Assembly: GCA_002687935.1 (NCBI GenBank)
Contig: NZBN01000007.1
Span: 69,030-133,029 of the forward strand
DNA: 64,000 nt
Direction: 5' to 3'
From: Methanobacteriota archaeon
GTDB taxonomy: Archaea; Undinarchaeota; Undinarchaeia; Undinarchaeales; Undinarchaeaceae
Part shown: positions 18,754 to 27,732 of the stretch, piece by piece
Layout: every line of letters begins with the position of its first letter
How positions within the stretch are numbered: the first letter of the stretch is position 1
Translations under genes and position numbers: made by a program
Notes under the pieces: model-generated
The model's database searches: none
What the model saw: the letters and a program-made list of their open reading frames with translations, nothing else
Told to the model about the DNA's origin: nothing

Positions 18754-19544
18754 GCAGTGGCGCCTTCCATTGCGTTTTTACATTCATCAGAGCGCTCGTC
18801 CGGAATTTTTGCTATGACTTCTGCAAGGAGTTTTTTGATTTTTCCGACATTCTGTTCCATAACTGAGATTACTTCTTCATGACTTACAATATGACCTTCC
18901 TTCCAACAATCGTAATCAGTTACCATTGAAACAGGTGCATAGCAAATCGATGCCTCTTTTGCCAGAATAGATTCTGGGACAAGTGTCATTCCTATTATGT
19001 CAGCGTTCCAGCTTCTGAAAAGTTCTGATTCTGCGCGTGTAGAAAATCTTGGTCCTTGTATACAAACATAAGTAGCTTTTTCGTGGTGCTTAATTCCGAG
19101 CTCCCTTGCTCCACTTATCAGGATTTCTCTAAGGGGTTGGCACATAGGGTCAGCCATTGATACGTGGGCAACTTTTCCTTCATCGAAAAAAGTGGACTCT
19201 CGTCCTGAAGTCCTGTCTATAAACTGGTCTGTAAAAGCAAGGTCTCCAGGTTTATATTCTTCCTTTAAAGAGCCGACTGCCTGAGCCGCTATTATTCTTT
19301 GTACTCCAAGCTGTCTGAACCCGTCTATATTTGCACGATAGTTCACCTGATGGGGTGCAAGTGCGTGATCCTTTCCGTGTCTTGGAAGAAATGCAATCTG
19401 CTTCCCAAGGTATTCTCCAACAAGATAGCTATCAGCCGGACTTCCATACTTACCTTCTAAAGTAATTTCTTCTGAGTTTTTCAGAAACTCAGCGTCGTAG
19501 ACTCCTGAGCCACCTATAACTCCAATATCAACTTGCCTTTCCAT
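18750..19544 (-). CDS. mtnP: S-methyl-5'-thioadenosine phosphorylase
   Basis: IGVIGGSG, FLPRHG, VNYRANI, DQFIDRT, QGPRFSTRAES, IIGMT, MVTDYDCW. Confidence 0.93.
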   Translation of the reverse strand: MERQVDIGVIGGSGVYDAEFLKNSEEITLEGKYGSPADSYLVGEYLGKQIAFLPRHGKDHALAPHQVNYRANIDGFRQLGVQRIIAAQAVGSLKEEYKPGDLAFTDQFIDRTSGRESTFFDEGKVAHVSMADPMCQPLREILISGARELGIKHHEKATYVCIQGPRFSTRAESELFRSWNADIIGMTLVPESILAKEASICYAPVSMVTDYDCWKEGHIVSHEEVISVMEQNVGKIKKLLAEVIAKIPDERSDECKNAMEGATA

Positions 19545-19595
19545 TGTTTTTCTATGCCTAATAAAAGTTATAAGCTTATCTTACAATTTTCCTAT

Positions 19596-20117
19596 ATGGA
19601 TTTAAAGGACAAAATACGGAACATACAGGATTTCCCAAAAAAAGGAATAGTTTTCCGTGATATAACGACTTTAATACAGGATCCAGAGGTCTTCCAATAT
19701 ATTGTCGACAATTTCAAGAATGAATTTTCAAATTCCGAAATCGATGTAATTGTCGGAGTAGAATCTCGTGGTTTTATTTTCGGAGCAGCTCTTGCATATG
19801 CAATGGGCATTCCCTTTACAATGGTCAGAAAACCCGGAAAACTTCCAAGTAGTATTGTTTATGAGGAATACGAACTCGAGTACGGGACCGACAGGCTGGA
19901 AGTCCATGACGATGCGGTCAAGGAAGGGGACAAAGTCTTAATTGTAGATGACCTGTTAGCGACCGGAGGAACTTCTCGAGCAACTGCCAACTTAATAGAA
20001 AAAATAGGTGGGGAACTTGTAGCCTTCGCTTTTGTCATTGAGCTGTCATTTCTTAATGGACGAGAAAAGCTTAAAGACTACAAAATATACTCGCTTGTTG
20101 ATTACAAATCAGACTAA
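19596..20117 (+). CDS. apt: Adenine phosphoribosyltransferase
   Basis: DFPKKGIVFRDITTL, VESRGF, RKPGKLP, YELEYGTD, VDDLLATGGT; ATG 19596 about 25 nt after a TATA-like element. Confidence 0.95.
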   Translation: MDLKDKIRNIQDFPKKGIVFRDITTLIQDPEVFQYIVDNFKNEFSNSEIDVIVGVESRGFIFGAALAYAMGIPFTMVRKPGKLPSSIVYEEYELEYGTDRLEVHDDAVKEGDKVLIVDDLLATGGTSRATANLIEKIGGELVAFAFVIELSFLNGREKLKDYKIYSLVDYKSD

Positions 20118-21367
20118 TGAGTAAAATAGCAGATGAAAAACTGGCGGCACAAGGTCGAAAGAAAATAGAGTGGGCAGAATCCAGAATGCCTGTTCTTATG
20201 AGCCTGCGCGAGAAATATGGAAAGACCAAGCCTCTGAAAGGTCAGAGAATAGCTGGCTGTCTCCATGTTACAAAGGAAACAGCTGTTCTCATAGAAACTT
20301 TGGTTGCAGCAGGGGCGGAAATCTCCTGGAGTGGTTGCAACCCCCTTTCAACACAGGACGATGTGGCAGCAGCTCTCGCCGAAGCGGGTACGGACATCTA
20401 TGCCTGGCACGGACTTTCAAATGAGGAATTCTACTGGTGTATAGACCAAACTCTGAAGTTCAAACCGACACTTACTCTCGATGATGGGGCTGATTTAATT
20501 TTTACAATACACAATAAACACCCTGAACTTGCTAAAGAGGTTATTGGAGGAACAGAGGAAACAACGACTGGCGTTCACAGACTTCGCGCAATGGGGAATG
20601 AAGGAAAGCTTCTTTATCCTATAATAGCTGTCAATGATGCTGAAACAAAATGGGATTTCGACAATGTCTATGGAACAGGTCAGAGCACTCTCGATGGAAT
20701 AATGAGGGCCACATCTGTCCTTTTCGCAGGAAAGACGGTTGTTGTCGCAGGATACGGACACTGTGGTAGAGGACTTGCTCTCCGGGCAAGCGGTCTTGGA
20801 GCAAATGTAATTGCAACTGAAGTTGACCCCGTTGCCGCGCTTAAGGCAACTCTAGAAGGTCACCGAGTTATGAAAATGGACGAGGCAGCAAAACTTGGAG
20901 ATATATTCATAACAGCAACAGGAATGAAAGACGTAATTGTTAAGAGACATTTTGAAAGCATGAAGGACGGGGCAATAGTTTGCAACACCGGACACTATGA
21001 CCTTGAAATAAATATTGGTGATTTGGAATCTATCAAAAAAGACAAACGAGAAATTCGCCCAAACAATGAAGAATATCTTTTGCAGAATGGACGAAGAATC
21101 TATCTTCTTGCGCAGGGACGTCTTGTTAATCTTGCTGCAGCAGAAGGTCATCCCTCTGAAGTTATGGATATGAGTTTTGCAAACCAGTTTATGTCAATGA
21201 TGAGTCTTGTAGAGAATAAGGGAAGTCTTGAAAACAATGTTCATGACATAGATGCTGAGCAGGACCGGCAAATCGCTGAACTAAAACTTGAAACAATGGG
21301 GTTTTCTCTGGACAAACTCACAACAGAGCAGATAAAATACCTTACTGATTACGCCTCTGGCACATAA
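20117..21367 (+). CDS. ahcY: Adenosylhomocysteinase
   Basis: GCLHVTKET, CNPLSTQD, DDGADL, EETTTG, FDNVYGTGQS, GRLVNL, GHPSEVMDMSF. Confidence 0.97.
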   Translation: MSKIADEKLAAQGRKKIEWAESRMPVLMSLREKYGKTKPLKGQRIAGCLHVTKETAVLIETLVAAGAEISWSGCNPLSTQDDVAAALAEAGTDIYAWHGLSNEEFYWCIDQTLKFKPTLTLDDGADLIFTIHNKHPELAKEVIGGTEETTTGVHRLRAMGNEGKLLYPIIAVNDAETKWDFDNVYGTGQSTLDGIMRATSVLFAGKTVVVAGYGHCGRGLALRASGLGANVIATEVDPVAALKATLEGHRVMKMDEAAKLGDIFITATGMKDVIVKRHFESMKDGAIVCNTGHYDLEINIGDLESIKKDKREIRPNNEEYLLQNGRRIYLLAQGRLVNLAAAEGHPSEVMDMSFANQFMSMMSLVENKGSLENNVHDIDAEQDRQIAELKLETMGFSLDKLTTEQIKYLTDYASGT

Positions 21368-21449
21368 TAAAAAATCTTTATAATTTTGACTTTAGGGGAG
21401 CCTTTATATACTTTAAATACTACTTAAAGCACTCCTGGGAGGGATTATT

Positions 21450-22079
21450 ATGGCAAAAACCGCAAAAACCGCAAAAACCGCAAAAACTTCAAAAACTTCA
21501 AAAACTTCAAAAACTTCAAAAACTTCAAAAAGCACACTTAAACCAAAAATAAAGATTGAAAATGTTGTCGCAAGCGCTGCCGTCGATGCTGAAATTGACC
21601 TGGATAAGATTGCTGCGACTCTAGATAACGCTGAATATGAGCCAGAGCAGTTTCCAGGTCTCGTTCTGAGACTGACTAAACCAAAGGCCGCAATTCTCGT
21701 ATTCTCTTCGGGCAAAATGGTTTGCACCGGTTCAAAAGAGATAAAAACAGTAAAGGTCGCTATTGCAGAGACTCTTAAACAAATCCGCAAATGCGGTATA
21801 AAAGTAAAGGGTGAGGCAACAATAAAAATACAAAATATTGTCGCATCTTCTGATCTAAAATCTGAGCTAAATCTGGATAATATTGCGTTTACGCTTGAGA
21901 ACACAGAGTTCGAACCGGAACAGTTTCCTGGTCTCGTTTTCAGAGTTACTGATCCTAAGGTAGTTTTCCTACTTTTCAGATCAGGTAAAATTGTGTGCAC
22001 AGGTGCAAAGAAAATTGTCGACGTCAGTAGAGGCGTCGAGAAGTTGGTCAAGGAGCTCAAAAAAGCCAAAGTTCTTTAA
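21450..22079 (+). CDS. tbp: TATA-box-binding protein with repetitive Lys/Thr N-terminal tail
   Basis: Two TBP repeats (IENVVAS...YEPEQFPGL...LVFSSGKMVCTG; IQNIVAS...FEPEQFPGL...LFRSGKIVCTG); GGGAGG SD upstream. Confidence 0.97.
   Translation: MAKTAKTAKTAKTSKTSKTSKTSKTSKSTLKPKIKIENVVASAAVDAEIDLDKIAATLDNAEYEPEQFPGLVLRLTKPKAAILVFSSGKMVCTGSKEIKTVKVAIAETLKQIRKCGIKVKGEATIKIQNIVASSDLKSELNLDNIAFTLENTEFEPEQFPGLVFRVTDPKVVFLLFRSGKIVCTGAKKIVDVSRGVEKLVKELKKAKVL
21453..21533 (+). repeat. In-frame 9-nt tandem repeat, 9 units, encoding (AKT)4(SKT)4SKS
   Basis: GCAAAAACC x3, GCAAAAACT, TCAAAAACT x4, TCAAAAAGC read directly. Confidence 0.95.
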
Positions 22080-22116
22080 CTAGGCTTTCCTAATACAAAT
22101 TCTGTGAGTGGGAGAT

Positions 22117-24153
22117 ATGCAGGATTCTATTGACAAATTTGAGCAGTTTTTCAAGACGAAGAAATACTACGGAAGACTTCTCGAAATAGCTAAGGAATAT
22201 CCGGACAAGAGGTCTGTTTTAGTAGACTTTGCTGATATTGACAAATCCTTTCCGAACTTGGCTGATGACCTACTTCTTCATCCAGAAGAAGCGCTTCGCC
22301 AAGCGCAGGATGCAATATCTGAAATAGATCTTCCAATCGATGTTGAAAATCTGTCCATCAATGTCCGTCTGCATAATCTTCCAAAAGCACACACCATTGT
22401 TATCAGGGACGTTCGTTCAGACCATCTTGATAGATTAATTTCTGTTGAGGGTATAGTTAAAAATGCGGCTGAAGTCAGACCAAAGGCTTTGAAAGTCACT
22501 TTTGAATGCCCTGAGTGTAAGACTAATATGGTTTTGCCACAGTTTACAAAAAACATGGTTTCTCCTAGTCAGTGTGATAATTTCGAGTGCGCACGCCGTG
22601 GAAGATTCAAAATTATCAATGAAACATTGATCGACTCTCAGATACTCAAAGTTCAGGAAGCCCCTGAGTCAATTTTTGGAGGAGAACAGCCTTCTGAATT
22701 ATATGTTCACCTTTCTGATGACTTAGTTTCTCCTCCTGAAAGAAAGAAAGTAATGCCAGGAAACAGGGTTCAGCTCGTCGGCTCTCTGAAAAAAGTCCCA
22801 ATTCCTTCAAGGAGTGGAGCTCAGACTGTTAATTATGATTTCTATCTGGAGGTTAATCACGTTGACCCAACTGAACAAGAATTCCAGGAAATTGATTTGT
22901 CGGATGAAGATATTGAAAAAATAAAGAAATTCTCAAAAGATCCAAAAATCTATGAAAAACTTATTGCATCCATTGCACCATCTATTCGAGGAAATGAAGC
23001 AATTAAAGAAGCAATACTTCTCCAGCTCATGGGTGGTGTCAGAAAACAACATCCTGATGGAACCCTTGTCAGAGGAAATGTTCACATTTTCATTGTTGGA
23101 GACCCCGCTGTCGGGAAATCTCAGATACTTCGTTATGTTTCAGGACTGGCTCCAAAAGGTCGTTTCGTTTCAGGAAAAAAAGCATCTGGGGTCGGTCTTA
23201 CTGCAGCAGTTGTTCGTGACGATTTTGCAGGTGGTTGGACATTGGAAGCGGGGGCACTTATTCTTGCAAATAATGGAATTGTCTCTGTCGATGAGTTTGA
23301 CAAAATGAGTGATGACGACCGCTCGGCAATGCTGGAGGCTATGGAGCAAGGTACAATTTCTATAGCAAAGGCAGGTATTGTAACAACCCTGCGAGCTAAT
23401 ACCTCTGTTCTTGCTGCAGCAAACCCAAAATACGGACGTTTTGATGTGTATAAACCTCTATATGAGCAAATAGACCTGTCTCCCGTTATATTGAGCAGAT
23501 TTGATCTGAAGTTCACTTCAAGAGACTTGCCAGGCTCTGACAAGGATACTCTTCTTTCAGAACACGTTCTTACAGCCCTTATTTCTCCAAAGACAATTGA
23601 GCCTGAAATTTCTTCTGAATTCATTCAAAAATATGTTGCATATGCCAGAAATCTTGATCCGGAAATGACTGAAAAGGCAAAAGAGCTAATACAACACTTC
23701 TACGTTAGCTGGAGGGGTAAATATAGAGATGATGACGACAATGGCGGAGTAGTCCCTCTTACCCCAAGACAGCTTGAAGCTATGGTTCGTCTCTCTGAAG
23801 CCTCAGCCCGCATCAGACTGGCAAAGAAGGTGTCCCTAAATGACGCAAAGAGGGCTACAAAACTTATAGAGCAGTCCTTAAGGGATCTCGGTACTGACCC
23901 TGAAACAGGAAAAATTGATATAGACCGAATGGAAGCAGGAACTTCCTCAGTGCAGAGGAGCAGAATAAATACAATCCTCACTATAATAGATGAACTCTCA
24001 AAAGAGCAGGGTCCCAATATAAAAATAGATGATGTTTTGATAGAGGCAGCCAACCGTGGAATAGACAATCTCAAAGCAGTTGAACTTATAAGCAAATTAA
24101 AATCAAAGGGTGATTTGTTTGAGCCGCGCCAAGGTATCCTCAAAAAGCCCTGA
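22117..24153 (+). CDS. mcm: MCM replicative helicase
   Basis: CPEC...CDNFEC Zn finger, GDPAVGKSQ, VSVDEFDKM, LAAANP, SRFDL, PRQLEAMVR, C-terminal WH; no intein; ATG 22117 (GTG 22108 alternative). Confidence 0.97.
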   Translation: MQDSIDKFEQFFKTKKYYGRLLEIAKEYPDKRSVLVDFADIDKSFPNLADDLLLHPEEALRQAQDAISEIDLPIDVENLSINVRLHNLPKAHTIVIRDVRSDHLDRLISVEGIVKNAAEVRPKALKVTFECPECKTNMVLPQFTKNMVSPSQCDNFECARRGRFKIINETLIDSQILKVQEAPESIFGGEQPSELYVHLSDDLVSPPERKKVMPGNRVQLVGSLKKVPIPSRSGAQTVNYDFYLEVNHVDPTEQEFQEIDLSDEDIEKIKKFSKDPKIYEKLIASIAPSIRGNEAIKEAILLQLMGGVRKQHPDGTLVRGNVHIFIVGDPAVGKSQILRYVSGLAPKGRFVSGKKASGVGLTAAVVRDDFAGGWTLEAGALILANNGIVSVDEFDKMSDDDRSAMLEAMEQGTISIAKAGIVTTLRANTSVLAAANPKYGRFDVYKPLYEQIDLSPVILSRFDLKFTSRDLPGSDKDTLLSEHVLTALISPKTIEPEISSEFIQKYVAYARNLDPEMTEKAKELIQHFYVSWRGKYRDDDDNGGVVPLTPRQLEAMVRLSEASARIRLAKKVSLNDAKRATKLIEQSLRDLGTDPETGKIDIDRMEAGTSSVQRSRINTILTIIDELSKEQGPNIKIDDVLIEAANRGIDNLKAVELISKLKSKGDLFEPRQGILKKP

Positions 24154-24988
24154 TTTTAGACCAAGGCTTCTTTTGTCTGAGTTATCTCTTTTCTTTACTG
24201 TTCAGATTATCGGACTTTATGTTGCGATTAGGATTGCAGCAGTCGAGATAATCCCTGTTGTTGAAACAGGACCTGCTGTAAAAAGCTTTCTGATTCTGTT
24301 CACAATAGCTACTGCAGTTTTCCTGCTATTGATAAGATTCCTCAAGAAGCGTCTCGGATTTATGAAAATTCTTATGGCTTTCATAATATTCGTCGGAAGC
24401 GAAACAGTTTTCATCGTCTTTTTCTCTGAGTTTACAGCAATGCTTCTTGCAATTTCACTTGTTATAATAAGATTCACCTATCCTACAATTTTTGTCCAGA
24501 ATGCATCTCTAATTCTGGCACTTGCCGGCGTCGGAGCAAGCATTGGCCTCCTCTTCAATGTAAGTACGATTTTCATTATACTTGCTGTATTATCTGTGTA
24601 TGACATTATAGCAGTTTACAAGACAAAGCATATGCTGACATTATTTAAGGGCACAATCAAAGGAGGTGTTCCTTTGGCTCTCATAGCTTCTGAAAAGATT
24701 TCAGGCATGCGCTCTAATTTAAAGAAAGCTAATATAAACAAACCTGCTACAAAAAGGGAGTATACTTTCCTTGGAACAGGTGACGTGGCATTTCCTCTTA
24801 TACTTGCTGTATCTGCTCTTAGAACTGGCTTATTTGCTTCCCTTGCAGTCGTCGTCGGAGGACTGGTAGGAATATTAATAATTCACAGCCTTCTAATCTA
24901 TGGAAAAGGAAAGCCGATTCCGGCTCTGCCTCCTCTCGCTGCCTGCACCATGGGGGCATATCTCGTCGCGTCCTACCTACTAATCTAA
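24110..24988 (+). CDS. Presenilin-family intramembrane aspartyl protease (PSH); start codon uncertain
   Basis: YDIIAVY, LGTGD and PALPPL motifs; first in-frame ATG is only at 24362, after two TM helices; alternatives GTG 24110 (inside mcm) or TTG 24173. Confidence 0.88.
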   Translation: MICLSRAKVSSKSPDFRPRLLLSELSLFFTVQIIGLYVAIRIAAVEIIPVVETGPAVKSFLILFTIATAVFLLLIRFLKKRLGFMKILMAFIIFVGSETVFIVFFSEFTAMLLAISLVIIRFTYPTIFVQNASLILALAGVGASIGLLFNVSTIFIILAVLSVYDIIAVYKTKHMLTLFKGTIKGGVPLALIASEKISGMRSNLKKANINKPATKREYTFLGTGDVAFPLILAVSALRTGLFASLAVVVGGLVGILIIHSLLIYGKGKPIPALPPLAACTMGAYLVASYLLI

Positions 24989-24989
24989 A

Positions 24990-25607
24990 ATGACAGAAAA
25001 CTCTCAACTTGCATCGAAGAAAGTTCACGTAGAAAAAATAGTCACAGGAGAATACGTGGAGAGCGAAGGCTATGGAGTTCTCAGAGTTTCTGATGGTTCT
25101 AAAATATCAAGAGTTCGTATACTTGGCACAGTTGTTGATAGATATGTTTCAAATGATGGTGAATATTCAAGTATTACCCTTGATGACGCGACTGAGACAA
25201 TACGTGCAAAGGCTTTCAAAAAACGCGCTGACACTCTCGCGAAACTCGAAATTGGGGATATTGCTGATGTAACTGGGTCTGTCCGAGAATATGACGGAGA
25301 AATTTACATAAACTCTTTTGCAGTCCAAAAAATAAGTGATCCAAATTTCGAATTACTGAGGAAGGTTGAACTTTCACAGCAAGTTGAATTACAGTCTTCA
25401 GAAGACAAGCCAGAAAAACTACACGAAGATGTAGAGGCTCTTATTTTAAAGACAATTAGTGAAGTCGGTAGTGATGGAGCTTCCTTGGATGATTTGACAA
25501 GTGTTTTAAATGACTTAGATTACAATGATATACTCGAGGCAGTAAAGTCCCTTCTTCATAAAGGGGACTTATACGAGCCAAAACGAGGTGTATTCAAACA
25601 AGTATGA
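24990..25607 (+). CDS. RPA2-like OB-fold ssDNA-binding protein with C-terminal winged helix
   Basis: RVRILGTVVD...ITLDDATETIRAKAF...VTGSVREYDGEIYI; C-terminal GDLYEPKRG. Confidence 0.85.
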   Translation: MTENSQLASKKVHVEKIVTGEYVESEGYGVLRVSDGSKISRVRILGTVVDRYVSNDGEYSSITLDDATETIRAKAFKKRADTLAKLEIGDIADVTGSVREYDGEIYINSFAVQKISDPNFELLRKVELSQQVELQSSEDKPEKLHEDVEALILKTISEVGSDGASLDDLTSVLNDLDYNDILEAVKSLLHKGDLYEPKRGVFKQV

Positions 25608-26011
25608 AATCCTATGAAGAACTTCTGAAAAAAGCTAAAGAACAGCTTCCAGAAGTAAGCAGTGAAAAGGCAAGATTTGAAATTCCAGTTTTCGAATCAT
25701 TTATTCAGGGTGCTGAAACAATAATCTCTAATTTCCTTGAAGTAGCTAACAAGCTCGAGCGTGACCCTGCACACCTACAAAAATTTATTCTTTCTGAAGC
25801 AGGAACTTCCGGAACTCTTTCTGGTCAAAGATTGACTTTCAAGGGAAATAAAACTCCTAAATTCTTGAACTCAAAACTCACTGATTATTACAAAGCCTTC
25901 GTTTCCTGCAAACAATGCAATCTTCCAGATACAATCCTCAATGAAGGGGATGATTCTGCAGAACTCAAGTGTAAAGCCTGTGGAACTAAGTATATGGTAA
26001 AAGTTCTATGA
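25604..26011 (+). CDS. eif2b: Translation initiation factor aIF-2 beta
   Basis: YEELLKKA, RFEIP, LERDPAHL, CKQCNLPDT...CKACG Zn finger. Confidence 0.93.
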   Translation: MKSYEELLKKAKEQLPEVSSEKARFEIPVFESFIQGAETIISNFLEVANKLERDPAHLQKFILSEAGTSGTLSGQRLTFKGNKTPKFLNSKLTDYYKAFVSCKQCNLPDTILNEGDDSAELKCKACGTKYMVKVL

Positions 26012-26301
26012 TTTGTGCAAGAATAATTTCCTCAGATGCTGGCTCAATTCTCGCAGCCTGCGACAAAGAGCTCCTAGGAAAGACTTTTTCTGAAGGAGAT
26101 ATTTCCCTAACTGTTGATGAAAATTTTTATGGAAATGAAGAAGTTGATGCTGAAACTTTCAAAGAAATGCTAAAATCTTCAGGAATAGCAAATCTAGTTG
26201 GTGAAAATTGTGTTTCTATCGCAATTGAGCTCGGATTGGTTACAGAAAAGACCGTTCTTAAAATTGAAGGTATTCCACATGCGCAGATTCTCAACCTTTA
26301 A
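26008..26301 (+). CDS. DUF424 family protein
   Basis: [34 protein letters not shown]. Confidence 0.85.
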   Translation: MICARIISSDAGSILAACDKELLGKTFSEGDISLTVDENFYGNEEVDAETFKEMLKSSGIANLVGENCVSIAIELGLVTEKTVLKIEGIPHAQILNL

Positions 26302-26543
26302 TAAAGCATAGTTTCCAAGTCAGTTTCACTTATATCAACAGTTATTGCGTCCTGTCCCTGTGCCCTTCGTATAACTGTCATAGGAACTGTTCGTTCTTTA
26401 AATTCCTTAACAGCTATTTCTGTCGGGTCAGTCTCAAGTTTTCCAAGCTTAACTAGAACTGGAGCACCCATAGATATCTGGAGAGATCTGGCTCCAATTA
26501 TCCTTGCTCTTTCAAATCGTGTAAGTCTGTTTTCGTTATACAT
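26298..26543 (-). CDS. rpoK: RNA polymerase subunit K (Rpo6)
   Basis: [22 protein letters not shown]...IAVKEF...PMTVIR. Confidence 0.95.
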   Translation of the reverse strand: MYNENRLTRFERARIIGARSLQISMGAPVLVKLGKLETDPTEIAVKEFKERTVPMTVIRRAQGQDAITVDISETDLETMLY

Positions 26544-26632
26544 CGTGAGCTTTTATTATCCCCTCAGTAATATATAAAGCTTGACACTGTTCCCAAAACC
26601 TTAAAAACAAGACCCCTTACATAAGGTGTTAT

Positions 26633-27118
26633 ATGTCTTATCACAAGAAAAAGAAAAAACACGGAAGCTTCGACCCAAATGCCCCTGTCCGTGTAAGAAT
26701 GCCCCGGACTGACAAGAGAGAGGTACTTGGAATAATTATTGAGCATTATGGCACAAAACTTCTTGTTGAGTGTATGGATGGCTATACGCGTCTTTGCAGA
26801 GTTCCTGGGAAAATAAGATATAAACTCAGAGTAAAACCAGGGGATGTTATACTTGTTCAGAAGTGGCCAATCCAGGAAAATGAGAAAGGAGATTATCTTT
26901 ACAAATACAGACCAAATCAGATAAACATACTCAGGAGAAAAGGTCTTTTAACTACTGAGTCTGAGGAAAAAGAAAAGTCAGAATCTTCAACACCTACATC
27001 TGAAGCACCTGAAAAAGAAACTGAAACTAGTTCTGAAGACGCTCTAAAAGAGGAAGAAAGCAGTTCAGAGAAAAGTGAAAAAAGCGAAACAGACGAGGGA
27101 AATTCGGCTGACGCATAG
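26633..27118 (+). CDS. eif1a: Translation initiation factor aIF-1A with long acidic C-terminal tail
   Basis: VECMDGYTRLCRVPGKIR, GDVILV, KGDYLYKY; about 55-aa Glu/Ser tail. Confidence 0.9.
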   Translation: MSYHKKKKKHGSFDPNAPVRVRMPRTDKREVLGIIIEHYGTKLLVECMDGYTRLCRVPGKIRYKLRVKPGDVILVQKWPIQENEKGDYLYKYRPNQINILRRKGLLTTESEEKEKSESSTPTSEAPEKETETSSEDALKEEESSSEKSEKSETDEGNSADA

Positions 27119-27186
27119 CGATTAGACATAATTAACTTTATATAGTTTCATCCCCAATATATTGTGTTGAATTTTGTTTCATTCAA

Positions 27187-27732
27187 ATGGCTGAATACGT
27201 AAAAATTCCAAAAGAGCGCCTGAAACTTCTTCTCGAGGAGGATGGTAAGCTCATTAAATATATTGAATCTCAATCTGATACGAAAATTCGTATAGATAAA
27301 CTTGAACAGGAGATTTCCATAGAGTCTTCTGGAAAATCTGATGAAATTCTTGATTTATGGCGGGCTCGGGATACAATAAAGGCCATAGGAAGGGGCGCAG
27401 AACCCGAAGCTGCAATCGATATATTGGAATCTGATGCAGAGTTACAGATTGTTGATCTCAGTGAATTCGTTGGAAAAAAACATAATGCATTAGTCAGGAT
27501 AAAAGGAAGAGTTATCGGAACAAAAGGAAAGGCAAAGAATATAATAGAGAACCTCACAAATACACAAATCTTCGTTTACGGAAAAACTGTTACGATAATT
27601 GGCGAACATGATATGGCTGTCATCGCAAAGGGTGCGGTGGAGCTTCTTGCCAGAGGTACTATGCACAGCACTGCAATCCATCATATAGAAACCGAGTTGA
27701 GCAAACTAGGAGTGAAATATAAAGATGCCTGA
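27187..27732 (+). CDS. KH-domain RNA-processing protein (Dim2/Pno1/Krr1 family)
   Basis: IKAIGRG, RIKGRVIGTKGK, VYGKTVTIIG, LARGTMH. Confidence 0.9.
   Translation: MAEYVKIPKERLKLLLEEDGKLIKYIESQSDTKIRIDKLEQEISIESSGKSDEILDLWRARDTIKAIGRGAEPEAAIDILESDAELQIVDLSEFVGKKHNALVRIKGRVIGTKGKAKNIIENLTNTQIFVYGKTVTIIGEHDMAVIAKGAVELLARGTMHSTAIHHIETELSKLGVKYKDA

Noticed and set aside
21453-21533. Short tandem repeat as CRISPR array or origin repeats
   Set aside because: Contiguous 9-nt units with no spacers, in frame within tbp.
22117-24153. Inteins in MCM, RFC-S or aIF5B
   Set aside because: Protein lengths are normal and motifs are uninterrupted.
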